DNA of 64,000 nt from an uncultured delta proteobacterium (GCA_963808625.1 CAWEHK010000037.1:64001-128000); one strand, 5' to 3'; shown: positions 22,902-34,664, counted from the first letter of the stretch. The notes: generated from the sequence alone by a model not told the origin. A program made the numbers and translations.

Positions 22902-24107
22902 ATGCGCGTCAAGAAAGTGGTGTTGGCCTATTCGGGGGGCTTGGATACTTCGATCATTTTGAAGTGGCTGATGGAAACCTATCAGTGTGAAGTCGTCGCC
23001 TTTGTTGCCGATCTGGGCCAGGGGGAAGAATTGCAGGAGGCTCGGGCAAAAGCGCTCGCCACCGGTGCCGTGAAGGCCCGGGTAGAAGATTTGCGCGAAG
23101 AGTTCGTACGAGATTTCGTCTTTCCCGCGTTCCGTGCCAATGCCATTTATGAAGGGCAATACCTCCTGGGGACCTCCATCGCGCGGCCCATCATTGCCAA
23201 GCATCAGGTCAGGGTTGCCGAGGAAGAGGGGGCCGATGCGGTCAGTCACGGCGCTACCGGAAAGGGTAACGACCAGGTGCGTTTCGAGCTGACCTACACC
23301 GCTCTGAACCCAAGCCTGAAGGTCATCGCCCCGTGGCGTGAATGGAATTTGAAATCGCGGACTTCGCTTATCGAGTATGCCAAAAAGCATGGCATTCCCG
23401 TGCCGGTCACTCAGGCGAAACCTTACAGCAGTGACCGCAATCTCCTGCACATAAGCTTCGAGGGTGGCATCCTGGAAGACCCGTGGGCGGAGCCCAAGGA
23501 TGATATGTTTGTGCTAACGGCCAATCCTGAAGGCGCCCCGAACGTGCCCGAAATTATCGAAATCGACTTCGAGCGCGGCGATCCGGTGGCCGTCAACGGT
23601 CAGCGCCTCAGCCCGGCTAACCTCCTGAGCACCCTGAACGAGATCGGGGGAAAGCATGGCATTGGGAGGGTCGATCTCGTGGAAAACCGCTTTGTCGGCA
23701 TGAAGTCGCGCGGCATCTACGAAACCCCCGGCGGCACGATCATGCGCGTGGGGCATCAGGCTGTGGAATCGATCACGATGGATCGCGAGGTGTTGCATCT
23801 GCGGGATTCGCTGATTCCACAATATTCGCGGCTGATCTACAACGGCTTCTGGTATTCTCCCGAGATGCGGCTGCTCCAGGGGATGATGGACCTGGCCCAG
23901 GAAAACGTTTGGGGCACCGCGCGGCTCAAGCTCTATAAAGGGACCTGCCAGGTCCTGGGACGCAAATCCGACCGCTCGCTCTATCAGCCCAGCTTCGCCA
24001 CCTTTGAAGAAGATGACGTTTATCAGCAGGACGACGCCACCGGTTTTATCCGGCTTCAGGGGCTGCGGCTTCGCCTTCAGTCGCTCGTGAACAAACAGAA
24101 AAGCTAG
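22902..24107 (+). CDS. argG: Argininosuccinate synthase
   Basis: [42 protein letters not shown]. Confidence 0.97.
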   Translation: MRVKKVVLAYSGGLDTSIILKWLMETYQCEVVAFVADLGQGEELQEARAKALATGAVKARVEDLREEFVRDFVFPAFRANAIYEGQYLLGTSIARPIIAKHQVRVAEEEGADAVSHGATGKGNDQVRFELTYTALNPSLKVIAPWREWNLKSRTSLIEYAKKHGIPVPVTQAKPYSSDRNLLHISFEGGILEDPWAEPKDDMFVLTANPEGAPNVPEIIEIDFERGDPVAVNGQRLSPANLLSTLNEIGGKHGIGRVDLVENRFVGMKSRGIYETPGGTIMRVGHQAVESITMDREVLHLRDSLIPQYSRLIYNGFWYSPEMRLLQGMMDLAQENVWGTARLKLYKGTCQVLGRKSDRSLYQPSFATFEEDDVYQQDDATGFIRLQGLRLRLQSLVNKQKS

Positions 24108-24139
24108 CTTTCGAATGATTGTTACAGAAGAGGGTTCCA

Positions 24140-25546
24140 ATGGGCGAAAAACCCTGGCAGGGTCGTTTTGAACAGCAAATGAACAAGCAGGTGGAGGAAT
24201 TCACCGCTTCCATCCATTTTGACAAGAGGCTCTATCGCTACGACATCGAGGGCAGCATTGCCCACTGCCGCATGCTTGCGGCCTGCAAGATCATTTCGGA
24301 TGAGGATGCCTCCCTCATTGTTGCGGGACTGGGAGAAATCCAGCGGGAAATCGAGCGGGGTGAAATCGACTTCGCTTCCGCCCAGGAAGATATCCACATG
24401 GCAGTCGAGCAGCGGTTGATCCAGAAGATTGGCGAGGTCGGCGGCAAGCTCCATACCGCAAGGAGTCGCAACGACCAGGTCTGTCTCGATATGCGGCTCT
24501 ATCTGCGTGACCTGCTGGCCCAGTGCCGCAGCCTCCTTCACGAAGTGCAGAAGGTCCTGGTCGCCATGGCCGAACAAAACCTTGGCACGATCATGCCGGG
24601 TTTCACCCACCTGCAGCATGCCCAACCCCTCTTGCTCTCGCATCATCTCATGGCCTACTACGAGATGTTCCGACGGGATGACGAGAGGTTTGAAGGATGC
24701 CTGAAGCGCACCAATGTCCTGCCCCTGGGGAGCGCTGCTCTGGCCGGAACGACCCTGCCCATCAAGATGGAATGGACGGCTCAATATCTCCGCTTTCCGC
24801 GGATAACCGAGAACAGCATCGATGCGGTGAGCGACCGGGACTATCTCATCGAATTCAACGCCGCGGCGGCCATGCTCATGATGCATGTGAGCAGGATGGC
24901 GGAAGAATTGATTCTGTGGTCCACGAGTGAGTTCGCCTTCGTCGAGATCAGCGATGCTTTCTGCACCGGGTCGAGCATCATGCCGCAGAAGAAGAACCCC
25001 GACGTTCCTGAGCTGATGCGGGGAAAAGCCGCCCGTGTTTACGGCAATCTCATGGCCCTGCTGACCCTCACCAAAGCCTTGCCGCTCGCCTACAACCGGG
25101 ATTTGCAGGAAGACAAGGAGCCGGTGTTTGACACCGCCGATACCGTTGTCGGCACCCTGCGCCTGCTGGCACGGTTGCTTCCGGAAGTGCGCTTCAACAA
25201 AGATCGGATGGCAATGATGGCCGGTGAGGGGTTTACTCTGGCAACGGACCTGGCCGACTATCTGGTCCGCAAGGGTGTCCCTTTCCGCAAAGCGCACTAC
25301 GTCGTCGGGCAGCTGGTACAGCACTGCCTTCGCACCGGTACGACGCTGCAGCAATGCAGCCTTGACGAACTGAGATCGTTCCACAAGGCGTTCGACCAGG
25401 ATGTTTTTCCTTTTCTCGAAATGGACAGTGTGATCGATCAGAGAAAGTCGCTGGGGGGGACAGCCTCCTCCCGGGTCCAGGAAGCGTTGCACCGGGCCCG
25501 TCAGGAATTGCAGGCGAAAGAAGCGGCATTGCAGCTGAAACCTTGA
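24140..25546 (+). CDS. argH: Argininosuccinate lyase
   Basis: WQGRF, LHTARSRNDQ, GFTHLQHAQP, GSSIMPQKKNPD, YNRDLQEDK. Confidence 0.97.
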   Translation: MGEKPWQGRFEQQMNKQVEEFTASIHFDKRLYRYDIEGSIAHCRMLAACKIISDEDASLIVAGLGEIQREIERGEIDFASAQEDIHMAVEQRLIQKIGEVGGKLHTARSRNDQVCLDMRLYLRDLLAQCRSLLHEVQKVLVAMAEQNLGTIMPGFTHLQHAQPLLLSHHLMAYYEMFRRDDERFEGCLKRTNVLPLGSAALAGTTLPIKMEWTAQYLRFPRITENSIDAVSDRDYLIEFNAAAAMLMMHVSRMAEELILWSTSEFAFVEISDAFCTGSSIMPQKKNPDVPELMRGKAARVYGNLMALLTLTKALPLAYNRDLQEDKEPVFDTADTVVGTLRLLARLLPEVRFNKDRMAMMAGEGFTLATDLADYLVRKGVPFRKAHYVVGQLVQHCLRTGTTLQQCSLDELRSFHKAFDQDVFPFLEMDSVIDQRKSLGGTASSRVQEALHRARQELQAKEAALQLKP

Positions 25547-25570
25547 GCTCACGGACGGAAAAGCACTGGC

Positions 25571-26662
25571 ATGATTGAACGAATACAGCGCGGTATGGTT
25601 TATTCCCCTCTTGCGAGTCTGGTACCGGTCTTCTTCCTGGGAGTGCTTCTGTCGGGTTGCGGCGTGAAGAGCTATCCGAAACCCATCGCCCTCGATCAGG
25701 TCCCGCAGATCCAGGACCTGAAGACCCAGGTCCGGCTCAAAGCCGTTGAACTTACCTGGTCGCTTCCGGACCAGCTCAATGAGGCCCTGAAAGACACCGG
25801 CTACAGCCTTGCCGTTCTCAAAGGCGAGGTCAACTGGGAAAATCGCAACTGTCTGGAATGTCCGGCAGCATTGCCGCAGGAAGTCGTGATCATTGATCCC
25901 ATGCGTCCGGCGCCTGCGGTTCGAGAGGGCAACGTGTTCACCTGGGCGGATACGGCCGTATCGGCACAGCACGCTTACCGCTACCATATTGCCGTGCAGG
26001 ATCGCAAGAAAGAAACGCTCTCGACGTCTAATCCTACGGTGGCGAAGATGCTCACGCCCCCACCTGCGGTTAAGAACCTGGCGGCAGCATCGGAGCCGCG
26101 GGGGGTGGTTCTGCAATGGAAGTTTACCGCCGCCAAGACGGTTCAGGGGCAGGTTGCACCGGGAGAAGCTCAGTTCTTATTGGAGCGTCACAGTCCGGAT
26201 GGCACCTGGGAAAAGCTATCCCCTGCGCCGGTTAAGGGAAATACGTTCCTGGATTCCGCCGTGGCTGCCAACCAGAGCTATGATTATCGGGTAACGCCGG
26301 TGTATGTCTTTGAAGATACCCTGATCCTGGGGGAACCTTCGGTTTTTCTCCAGGCCAAAGCCCCGAAAGCCATGCCCCCACCGCCGCCCGGCAACGTCTG
26401 GGTCATTCCGGTAAAGGGGGCCCTGGAGGTAAACTGGGTGCCGAGCGAAGGGAAGGTTGAGGGCTATCACGTCTATCGGCGCGAAGGAAAAGAAATCATT
26501 CGGCTGACGGCCACGCCGGTGAAAAATCCCCCCTATGTCGATGCTGCGGTCAGAAAGAACGTTGTGTACTCCTATGCCGTATCCGCCGTGGGCAATCAGG
26601 CCGGGAAAAGGGAAGGACTGGTATCCAAGTGGGTTGAGATGAGGAGTTTGATGATCGATTAG
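25571..26662 (+). CDS. Fibronectin type III domain lipoprotein
   Basis: Lipobox LSGCG, CLECP, repeated FN3-like W...Y.Y.V motifs. Confidence 0.75.
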   Translation: MIERIQRGMVYSPLASLVPVFFLGVLLSGCGVKSYPKPIALDQVPQIQDLKTQVRLKAVELTWSLPDQLNEALKDTGYSLAVLKGEVNWENRNCLECPAALPQEVVIIDPMRPAPAVREGNVFTWADTAVSAQHAYRYHIAVQDRKKETLSTSNPTVAKMLTPPPAVKNLAAASEPRGVVLQWKFTAAKTVQGQVAPGEAQFLLERHSPDGTWEKLSPAPVKGNTFLDSAVAANQSYDYRVTPVYVFEDTLILGEPSVFLQAKAPKAMPPPPPGNVWVIPVKGALEVNWVPSEGKVEGYHVYRREGKEIIRLTATPVKNPPYVDAAVRKNVVYSYAVSAVGNQAGKREGLVSKWVEMRSLMID

Positions 26663-26693
26663 CGGCCGCTCCACATGGTCTCGGAGAGCACTT

Positions 26694-27947
26694 ATGCACC
26701 ATTTTTCTTACCAGCGGGACGAACTTTACTGCGAGGACATTCCTCTACGCAAGGTTGCCGAAGCGGTGGGGACCCCCTGCTTTGTCTACAGCTACGCTAC
26801 CCTGCATCAACACTTCACGGTGTTTGACCAGGCCTTCGCCGAGGTCCCGCACCTTACTTGCTTTTCGGTCAAGTCCAATTCCAATATCGCGATCCTCAAT
26901 CTTCTCGGGTCGCTCGGCGGAGGCGTTGATATCGTGTCGGGCGGAGAACTTTTTCGCGCCCGCAAGGCAGGCATCCCAGCCGACCGGATCGTTTATTCCG
27001 GGGTGGGGAAGACCGTGGACGAGATCGATTATGCCCTCAGCGAGGGCATTCTGATGTTTAACATCGAGTCCACCCAGGAGCTTGAAGCCATTGCGGCGCG
27101 CGCCAAATCACTGGGGCGGACGGCCCGCATTGCCCTTCGCGTTAACCCTGACGTTGACCCGAAAACGCACCCGTATATCTCCACCGGGATGAAGAAAAAC
27201 AAGTTCGGGATTGATCTCGAAAGCGCCATCAGCGCCTACGAGCGGGCGAAAGGTCTCGAGCACATCGAGATTCTCGGCGTGGACTGTCACATCGGCAGCC
27301 AGTTGACGGAGATCGCGCCCTTCGTCGACACCCTCCAGCGTCTCCGCATACTGATCGAACGCCTGGCAAAGATGGACATTCCTATCCGTTATCTCGATCT
27401 TGGCGGTGGACTCGGGATCGTCTACGATCAGGAAGAACCGCCCCATCCGCGCGAATATGCTCAGGCCATCCTCAAGGAGCTCGAGGGATTATCTTGTACC
27501 TTGATTTTCGAACCCGGCCGCGTTATCGTCGGCAATGCCGGAGTTCTGCTCACCAGGGTCCTTTACACCAAAAGGACCGCGATCAAGAATTTCATTATCA
27601 CCGATGCCGGCATGAATGATCTCATTCGACCGAGTTTTTACGGTTCCTACCACCAGATCCAGGCGGTGGAAAGGGCCGTTCAGGGGACCCAGATCGCCGA
27701 TGTCGTGGGTCCAATCTGTGAATCGGGCGATTTTCTGGCTCGGGACCGGGAGTTGCCGAGAGTGAAGCCGGGAGACTATCTCGCCGTAATGAGCGCGGGG
27801 GCTTATGGTTTTTCAATGGGTTCCAACTACAATTCGCGACCGCGCCCACCCGAGGTCCTCGTTAAAGGAGACCGGTACTTCACCATACGGCAGCGGGAAA
27901 GGTGGGAGGATCTGGTCCGGGGAGAAACGATTCCCGATTTTCGTTAA
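26694..27947 (+). CDS. lysA: Diaminopimelate decarboxylase
   Basis: SVKSNSN, HIGSQ, DLGGGLG, EPGR, GPICESGD, SNYNSRPR. Confidence 0.97.
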   Translation: MHHFSYQRDELYCEDIPLRKVAEAVGTPCFVYSYATLHQHFTVFDQAFAEVPHLTCFSVKSNSNIAILNLLGSLGGGVDIVSGGELFRARKAGIPADRIVYSGVGKTVDEIDYALSEGILMFNIESTQELEAIAARAKSLGRTARIALRVNPDVDPKTHPYISTGMKKNKFGIDLESAISAYERAKGLEHIEILGVDCHIGSQLTEIAPFVDTLQRLRILIERLAKMDIPIRYLDLGGGLGIVYDQEEPPHPREYAQAILKELEGLSCTLIFEPGRVIVGNAGVLLTRVLYTKRTAIKNFIITDAGMNDLIRPSFYGSYHQIQAVERAVQGTQIADVVGPICESGDFLARDRELPRVKPGDYLAVMSAGAYGFSMGSNYNSRPRPPEVLVKGDRYFTIRQRERWEDLVRGETIPDFR

Positions 27948-28012
27948 CCCGGATTGTCACCTTTTTGAGACGGCGACGCAAAGGAGACTTGCACTGTGGT
28001 AGGGGAAAGCCT

Positions 28013-28879
28013 TTGAAGCGTATCAGCTTTGATAATCCGATCGCCTTCTTGAAAATGACCGGCAGCGGCAATGATTTCATCGTCATCGACAACCGGTCGC
28101 ACCGGATCGATGCGGATCGGTGCCGGGACCTGGTGCGCCTTGCCTGCCGGAGAAAGCTTTCGGTCGGGGCCGACGGCCTGATTCTGATCGAAGACGACGC
28201 CGAAGTGGACTTCCGGTGGCGGTTCTTTAACGCCGATGGCAGCGAAGCCGAGATGTGCGGAAATGGGGCTCGCTGTGCGGCGCGCTTCGCTTATCTCCAA
28301 GGCATCGTGCCCCGGCAGCAGATGGCTTTCCGGACGCTGGCCGGCATCATTCAGGCCGAAATCATGGGGGAGAGAGCAAGAGTTCGCATGACGTCTCCCC
28401 ATGGTTTAAAGATGGATATCTCCTTGCAGGTGGAAGACCATTCTTTCTCTCTGCACTTTATCGATACGGGTGTCCCTCATGTGGTCCACTTTGTAGCCGA
28501 CCAACCAACGCTGGAAGGGACCGATGTTTTCCGCCTGGGTCGGGTCCTCCGTTATCATTCTCAATTTCAGCCCGCTGGAACGAATGCGAATTTTGCCGCG
28601 ATTTTTGATCCCCATAACATGGCCGTCCGTACGTATGAGCGTGGAGTTGAAGCAGAGACTCTTGCCTGCGGCACGGGTTCCATCGCTTCCGTGCTGGTAG
28701 CGGCGGCGAAAGAACTGGTAAGCTCTCCCGTGGAGGTGCTGACCCAGAGCGGGGAAACCCTGACCATTCATTTTGAGCAGCGGAATGAGCAGGGACTGCC
28801 GGAATTTGCCGAAGTCTACCTGGAAGGAGATGCCAAGGTCGTTTACGAAGCCAGACTCTGGGATGAAACCTTAGGATAG
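28013..28879 (+). CDS. dapF: Diaminopimelate epimerase
   Basis: [39 protein letters not shown]; start approximate. Confidence 0.95.
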   Translation: MKRISFDNPIAFLKMTGSGNDFIVIDNRSHRIDADRCRDLVRLACRRKLSVGADGLILIEDDAEVDFRWRFFNADGSEAEMCGNGARCAARFAYLQGIVPRQQMAFRTLAGIIQAEIMGERARVRMTSPHGLKMDISLQVEDHSFSLHFIDTGVPHVVHFVADQPTLEGTDVFRLGRVLRYHSQFQPAGTNANFAAIFDPHNMAVRTYERGVEAETLACGTGSIASVLVAAAKELVSSPVEVLTQSGETLTIHFEQRNEQGLPEFAEVYLEGDAKVVYEARLWDETLG

Positions 28880-28893
28880 TAAGGGAGAACACC

Positions 28894-29770
28894 ATGTTTC
28901 AAGGCGCAATGGTGGCTATCGTGACACCATTCAAGGACGGTCAGGTTGACGATGCCTCACTCCGGCAACTGATCGAATTTCAGATTGCCAACGGGACGAG
29001 CGGCATCGTCCCTTGCGGGACTACGGGGGAATCCGCGACCCTTTCCTTCCACGAACACGAGCGGGTCATCGAGATCACGGTTGAACAGGTTAACAAACGG
29101 GTGCCGGTCATCGCCGGAACCGGTTCCAACAATACCCGAGGAAGCCATCCGTCTGACCCAGCATGCCAGGAGTGCCGGGGCGGATGGTGCGCTGATGATC
29201 AGCCCCTACTACAACAAGCCCACTCAGGAAGGCTTGTACCGCCACTATGCGGCAGTCGCCGAAAAGGTGGACATTCCGATCATCATGTACAACATCCCGG
29301 GCCGCACGGCGGTTAACATGGAACCGAGCACCATCGCCCGGCTGGCAAAGATCGAGAATATTGTCGGCATTAAGGAAGCTTCGGGCAGCATGAAGCAGAT
29401 CACGGACATCATCGCCCTGTGCGATGAGCGCTTTGTGGTGGTCTCGGGTGAGGACTATCTGACTTATCCGCTGCTTTGCGTGGGCGGCAAAGGGGTCATC
29501 TCCGTGGTCTCCAACATTGCCCCCCGCGACATGGCCGACCTCTGCAATCTTTCTCTCGAAGGGAAATTCAGCGAGGCGCAAAAGCTCTATTACCGGCTGC
29601 TGCCCTTGTGCCATGCGCTTTTCTATGAAACCAATCCGGCCCCGGTCAAGGCCGCCCTGTTTATGATGAAGAAGATTGCCAGCGAGGAAGTTCGCTTGCC
29701 TCTGGCTCCCATGTCGGAAGCCAATCGCGAACGCCTGCGCGGCGATTTGCAGGCCTATGGCCTGCTCTAA
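28894..29770 (+). CDS. dapA: 4-hydroxy-tetrahydrodipicolinate synthase (one frameshift near 29138)
   Basis: [38 protein letters not shown]. Confidence 0.95.
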
Positions 29771-29782
29771 GAGGAGTACACG

Positions 29783-30587
29783 ATGGTGCGTGCGGCGGTA
29801 GCCGGCATCGCCGGCAGGATGGGGTCCCGGATCGCACAACTGGTTCGCGAGAGCGATGGCATCGAACTGGTTGGTGTCTTCGAGCACCCTGCGCACCCCG
29901 CTGTGGGTAAGGACGTTGCCGAGGTTATCGGCGGAAGTCCCGGCGGAATAAAGATCTGCGGCAATATCAGCGAGGTCCTGGAGGAAGCGGACGTAGTGAT
30001 CGACTTCACCAGCGCTTCGGCATCGCTTGGCCATTTGCAGGCGGCTGCCGCAAAGAAGGTGCCCATGGTTATGGGATCCACGGGTTTCAGCGCCGAACAG
30101 ATGGCGCAGGCTCGTGAACTGAGCCAGGAACATGCCCTGTGTCCTGACCCCCAACATGAGCATGGGGGTCAACGTGCTCTTCAAGGTCGTGGCTGATGTG
30201 ACACGTTTGCTGGGCAGCGGCTTTGACGTCGAAATTGTCGAGGCGCACCATCGGTTCAAGAAGGATGCTCCGAGCGGCACCGCCCTGAAGCTGGCTCAGA
30301 TCGTGGCGGGAGCGCTCGAGCGCGAACTCGATCAGGTTGGCGTTTTCGCACGACATGGTTTGATCGGGGAGCGCACCAGCCAGGAAATCGGGATCCAGAC
30401 GGTTCGGGGTGGAGACATTGTGGGGGAACATACGGTCATGTTTGCCGGCCTCGGCGAGAGGATCGAGCTCACCCATCGTGCCCACAGCCGCGACAATTTC
30501 GCCCGTGGCGCGGTCCGCGCAGCCCTCTGGGTGGTCCGGCAACCGCCCGGCCTCTATGACATGCAGAACGTTTTAGGCATCAGATAA
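29783..30587 (+). CDS. dapB: 4-hydroxy-tetrahydrodipicolinate reductase (one frameshift near 30130)
   Basis: GIAGRMG, IDFT, EAHHRFKKDAPSGTA, RGGDIVGEH. Confidence 0.95.
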
Positions 30588-30632
30588 CAGTCCTGATTGC
30601 CGTGGGCTGAACTCGGAGCGCGTATAACTAGA

Positions 30633-30680
30633 CTCAGCACTCAGCACTCAGCACTGAACTCAGTACTCAGCACCCAGCAC
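30633..30680. repeat. Heptamer microsatellite (CTCAGCA)n
   Basis: ctcagca tandem copies between dapB and dapL. Confidence 0.75.
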
Positions 30681-30698
30681 TACTTTTCGGAGCGTTGA

Positions 30699-31865
30699 AT
30701 GACATTTGTTAGAGCGGAACGACTGGAGCAGCTTCCCCCGTATCTTTTCCAGGAGATCGATCGTCTCAAGGCGGAACTCCTTGCCAAGGGTGTGGACGTC
30801 ATCAATCTGGGAGTTGGAGACCCCGATCTGCCGACCCCCGGACACATCATCAAGAGGCTCCAGAAATCTGCCGAAGATCCCTCAACCCATCAATATCCCT
30901 CCTATTCCGGAATGAATGATTTCCGGATAAGCGTCGCCGGATGGTACCAGCGGCGCTTTGGTGTGGAGCTGGACCCGTTGCGCGAAGTGTTGACACTGAT
31001 CGGGTCTAAAGAGGGCATTGCCCATTTTCCTCTGGCCTTCATCAATCCGGGTGATCTGGCTCTGGTGCCGACTCCGGGATATCCCGTTTATCAGGTGGCG
31101 ACGCTTTTTGCCGGCGGCGAATCCTATTTCATGCCGCTGGTGCGTGAGAACCACTTCCTTCCCGACCTCGAGGCCATTCCTGCCGAGGCGGCCCGCCGCG
31201 CCAAGCTCATCTTTCTCAACTACCCGAATAATCCCACCGGCGCCACCGCTGAGCGAGATTTCTACGAAAAGGTGCTGGCTTTCGCCAGGGAATATGATCT
31301 CATCGTTTGTCATGACGCAGCCTACAGTGAAATGGCCTTTGACGGCTATCGGCCCATGAGTTTTCTCGAAATTCCCGGCGCCAAAGAAGTGGCTATCGAA
31401 TTCCACTCGCTTTCCAAAACCTACAACATGACCGGCTGGCGACTGGGCTTTGCGGTGGGAAATGCCAGGCTCATCGAGGGCTTGGGGCAGATCAAGAGCA
31501 ATATCGATTCGGGCGCCTTCAACGCTGTTCAATGGGCAGGCATTGCCGCCCTTGACGAAGACCAGGAATGCGTCAGGACGATGCAGCAAACCTACCAGGA
31601 GAGGCGTGATGTGCTCATCGCAGGGCTTCGGCGCGTTGGTTTGGAACCGGATGTTCCCAAGGCTACTTTCTATGTCTGGTGTGCTGTCCCGTCCGGGTAC
31701 ACGTCCTCTGCGTTCACGTCCCTTCTGCTGAAGGAATGCGGCATCGTAACGACACCGGGGAGCGGTTTCGGTGCCCCCGGCGAGGGCTACATTCGCCTGG
31801 CTCTGACCGTCGATAAAGCGCGGATTGCCGAGGCGGTGGCACGCATTGAAAAGCTGTCTTTCTAG
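30699..31865 (+). CDS. dapL: LL-diaminopimelate aminotransferase
   Basis: Class I PLP motifs LGVGDPD, GSKEG, NYPNNPTG, SLSKTYNMTGWRLG; position within the dap cluster. Confidence 0.85.
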   Translation: MTFVRAERLEQLPPYLFQEIDRLKAELLAKGVDVINLGVGDPDLPTPGHIIKRLQKSAEDPSTHQYPSYSGMNDFRISVAGWYQRRFGVELDPLREVLTLIGSKEGIAHFPLAFINPGDLALVPTPGYPVYQVATLFAGGESYFMPLVRENHFLPDLEAIPAEAARRAKLIFLNYPNNPTGATAERDFYEKVLAFAREYDLIVCHDAAYSEMAFDGYRPMSFLEIPGAKEVAIEFHSLSKTYNMTGWRLGFAVGNARLIEGLGQIKSNIDSGAFNAVQWAGIAALDEDQECVRTMQQTYQERRDVLIAGLRRVGLEPDVPKATFYVWCAVPSGYTSSAFTSLLLKECGIVTTPGSGFGAPGEGYIRLALTVDKARIAEAVARIEKLSF

Positions 31866-31867
31866 AG

Positions 31868-32368
31868 ATGGAGCAGGTCCTGATCGGTCTGGGGAGCAAT
31901 CTGGGAGATTCGGTGCAGATTTGTCTTGCAGCAATCGAGCGGTTGGCGAACCATACGCACGTGCGGGTGCTTGGAAGGTCCTCGTTTTACCGCACGAAAC
32001 CCCTCTTGCTCACCGAACAACCCTGGTTCATAAACGGGGTGGTGCTGTGTGAAACGGACCTTGACCCGGAGGCTTTGCTCGACGTGATGCATCGGATTGA
32101 AAGCGATTTCGGCCGCAACCGCGGAATTCGCTGGGGACCGAGGAAGCTTGACCTCGACCTTCTTGCGTTTGGCGACCAGGAGATCAACCTTCCATCACTC
32201 AAGGTGCCCCATCCGCGACTTCACGAACGACGCTTTGTCTTGGAACCATTGCTGGAGCTTGTCCCCGAATGGGTCCATCCGACGCTAAAGGTCCCGGCCC
32301 GTCGCCTCCTGGAACGGATCGTGGACGAAAAGGGCGACCAGGAAGTGCAACGAGTGGAGTTGTCATGA
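31868..32368 (+). CDS. folK: 2-amino-4-hydroxy-6-hydroxymethyldihydropteridine diphosphokinase
   Basis: GLGSNLGD, WGPRKLDLDLL, PHPRLHERRFVLEPL. Confidence 0.95.
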   Translation: MEQVLIGLGSNLGDSVQICLAAIERLANHTHVRVLGRSSFYRTKPLLLTEQPWFINGVVLCETDLDPEALLDVMHRIESDFGRNRGIRWGPRKLDLDLLAFGDQEINLPSLKVPHPRLHERRFVLEPLLELVPEWVHPTLKVPARRLLERIVDEKGDQEVQRVELS

Positions 32369-32628
32369 TTCGGCTCATCCTTTATGGGATCTTGTTTTAT
32401 ATCGGTTATCGAATTCTTAAGCCCTGGGTAACGTCCCTCATGGGATCCGGCCGCGATGAGCCCCGCGGCGGGTCTTCATCGCAGGAAGCCGAACTGATTC
32501 GCGATCCGCAGTGCGGGACCTATTTTTTGACCCAGCGCGGCGTCGCGGCACGGGTCGGAGGGCGAAACGTTTATTTTTGCAGTAAGGAATGTCGCGATAA
32601 GTACCTTATGAGTCACAAGGAATCGTGA
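32365..32628 (+). CDS. Membrane-anchored YHS/TRASH domain protein
   Basis: N-terminal TM segment; DPQCGTY...YFCSKECRDKY. Confidence 0.8.
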   Translation: MIRLILYGILFYIGYRILKPWVTSLMGSGRDEPRGGSSSQEAELIRDPQCGTYFLTQRGVAARVGGRNVYFCSKECRDKYLMSHKES

Positions 32629-32660
32629 TGCGGAATGCCTTTTAGAACCGGGAGGACGCC

Positions 32661-33318
32661 GTGAAATTCTTCATTGATACCGCCAATCTTGATGAAATCA
32701 GGGAAGCCCACAGCCTGGGCATCCTTGACGGGGTGACAACCAACCCTTCACTGATTGCCCGAGGAGGGCATTGCCGGCCGGAAGGCTTTCGAAAAGCATA
32801 TCAAGACGATTTGTGAACTGGTTGAGGCCCCGGTAAATGCGGAAGTCGTCAGCATGACCTTTGCCGAGATGGTTGCCGAAGCCAGGAAGGTGGCGCAAAT
32901 TGATCCCAATGTGGTGGTAAAGGTGCCGATGACCCTCGATGGCATCAAAGCCGTCAGGCAGCTTTCGGAAGAAGGCATCAACACCAATGTGACGTTGGTC
33001 TTTTCACCGTTGCAGGCGCTGCTGGCGGCCAAAGCCGGAGCAACGTACATCAGTCCTTTTGTGGGTCGGCTGGATGATATTTCTCAGGATGGCATGAATG
33101 TCGTCGAAGAAATCATCGACGTCTTCGCCAACTATCTTTTCGAAACGGAAATCATCGTGGCGAGCGTCCGTAATCCCCTGCACGTTTTGACCGCAGCCAA
33201 ACTGGGGGCGGACATCGCCACGATCCCCTTTAAAGTGATCGAACAACTGGCGCAGCATCCCCTGACCGATGTCGGCATCGATAAGTTTTTGAAAGATTGG
33301 CAAAAGGTGGAGAAATAG
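32661..33318 (+). CDS. tal: Transaldolase / fructose-6-phosphate aldolase family (frameshift near 32760)
   Basis: [46 protein letters not shown]. Confidence 0.92.
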
Positions 33319-33364
33319 GGTGCTCACAGACTTTTCTGTGGCAGTCCGGACGGAAGGATGAGCT

Positions 33365-34027
33365 ATGAGCAATCTGGTGAATTTCCCCATCAGGTGGTTG
33401 TTTCCGCTTTTCATACTGGCATCTGTGGTGCTGGCACCAGCCCTTTCCGGTGCCCAGATGTTCAGATATGTTGACAAAGACGGAGTGATCCACTTTACCA
33501 ACGTACCCACGCTGCCCAACCAGGTAAAGACGCCAACCCTGCCGCCCTATGCGGCAAACCTGGTAAACCGGACCCTCTCGCCCGCACCCCGTCCCGTTTA
33601 CCCCTTTCGCTCTTTGGCTCCTTCCTGTAATCCTTTGAACAGCAGCCTGTATGATCCGCATATCAAGTTTGCCTGTCAGCGATACGGGCTGGACTACCAT
33701 CTGGTGAAGGCGGTGATCAGGGCGGAATCGGCTTTCGATCCTGCCGCACTCTCGCCGAAGGGGGCGATGGGATTGATGCAGTTAATGCCCGAAACCTCAC
33801 GGGACCTGGGCGTGATGAATCCTTTTGATCCCCTCCAGAACATTGACGGCGGAGTCCGTTATCTGAGGTTAATGCTGGATCGTTTCAACAACAACATTAC
33901 GCTCGCCCTGGCCGCTTACAACGCCGGGCCGGAAGCGGTTCAGAAGCACGGCGGAATTCCTCCGTACGTGGAAACCAGGGACTACGTGCGGAAGGTATTG
34001 GACTTTTACGAAGCGTCTGCAAGGTAA
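33365..34027 (+). CDS. Lytic transglycosylase (SLT) with DUF4124-like N-terminus
   Basis: AVIRAES, GAMGLMQLMP, ALAAYNAG, ETRDYV; YVDKDGVIHFTN. Confidence 0.9.
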   Translation: MSNLVNFPIRWLFPLFILASVVLAPALSGAQMFRYVDKDGVIHFTNVPTLPNQVKTPTLPPYAANLVNRTLSPAPRPVYPFRSLAPSCNPLNSSLYDPHIKFACQRYGLDYHLVKAVIRAESAFDPAALSPKGAMGLMQLMPETSRDLGVMNPFDPLQNIDGGVRYLRLMLDRFNNNITLALAAYNAGPEAVQKHGGIPPYVETRDYVRKVLDFYEASAR

Positions 34028-34046
34028 TTGCACGATATAAGGCCAG

Positions 34047-34649
34047 ATGATCGCCATGACCCGCAGTGATTTCTCATCCCAGCACTTGACCGGCCTTCCG
34101 AACCTTCTTACTTATTTCAGGATGGCGACCATTCCGGTGATTGTGGTGGTGTTGGCGCCACCGGCTTCCGCCGAGTCCCTGAATCTTGCGTTTGCACTCT
34201 TCCTTGTCGCCTCCATTACCGACTACCTCGACGGCATCCTGGCACGGCGCCACAACCTGGTTACTTCCATCGGCAAGCTCCTGGACCCCCTGGCGGACAA
34301 ACTCCTCACCTCCGCCGTGATGATCATGCTCATTCCCCTCGGAAAAATCCCGGCGTGGCTGGTCTTGATCATCATCGGGCGAGACATAACGATCACCGGC
34401 CTCCGTTCGATTGCGGCCGGTCAGGGCCTCATTCTTGATGCCAGTCGCATGGGCAAGAACAAGATGGTCTCACAGACGGTGGGGTTGTGCTTTTTGCTCC
34501 TCACCATTTCCGGGGTTGAGCACGTGTTTGATGCCATTGGCATGGTTTTTCTGTGGATTTCAGTCGTCCTCAGCTATTGGTCGGCACGCGACTATTGCCT
34601 CCAGTTCTACCGGCAGGCACGACGGCAAGATCTGCCGAAAGATCGATGA
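34047..34649 (+). CDS. pgsA: CDP-diacylglycerol--glycerol-3-phosphate 3-phosphatidyltransferase
   Basis: PNLLT, TDYLDGILAR, GKLLDPLADK. Confidence 0.92.
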   Translation: MIAMTRSDFSSQHLTGLPNLLTYFRMATIPVIVVVLAPPASAESLNLAFALFLVASITDYLDGILARRHNLVTSIGKLLDPLADKLLTSAVMIMLIPLGKIPAWLVLIIIGRDITITGLRSIAAGQGLILDASRMGKNKMVSQTVGLCFLLLTISGVEHVFDAIGMVFLWISVVLSYWSARDYCLQFYRQARRQDLPKDR

Positions 34650-34664
34650 GCGAGGTCGCCCCAG

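Noticed and set aside
24122..26116. 664-aa antisense ORF, and similar long antisense ORFs elsewhere
   Set aside because: Shadow ORFs opposite argH and other well-supported genes in GC-rich DNA, with no recognisable motifs
28894..30587. Programmed frameshifting or pseudogenisation of dapA and dapB
   Set aside because: The same indel pattern occurs throughout the window with no slippery-site signature; sequencing error is more parsimonious
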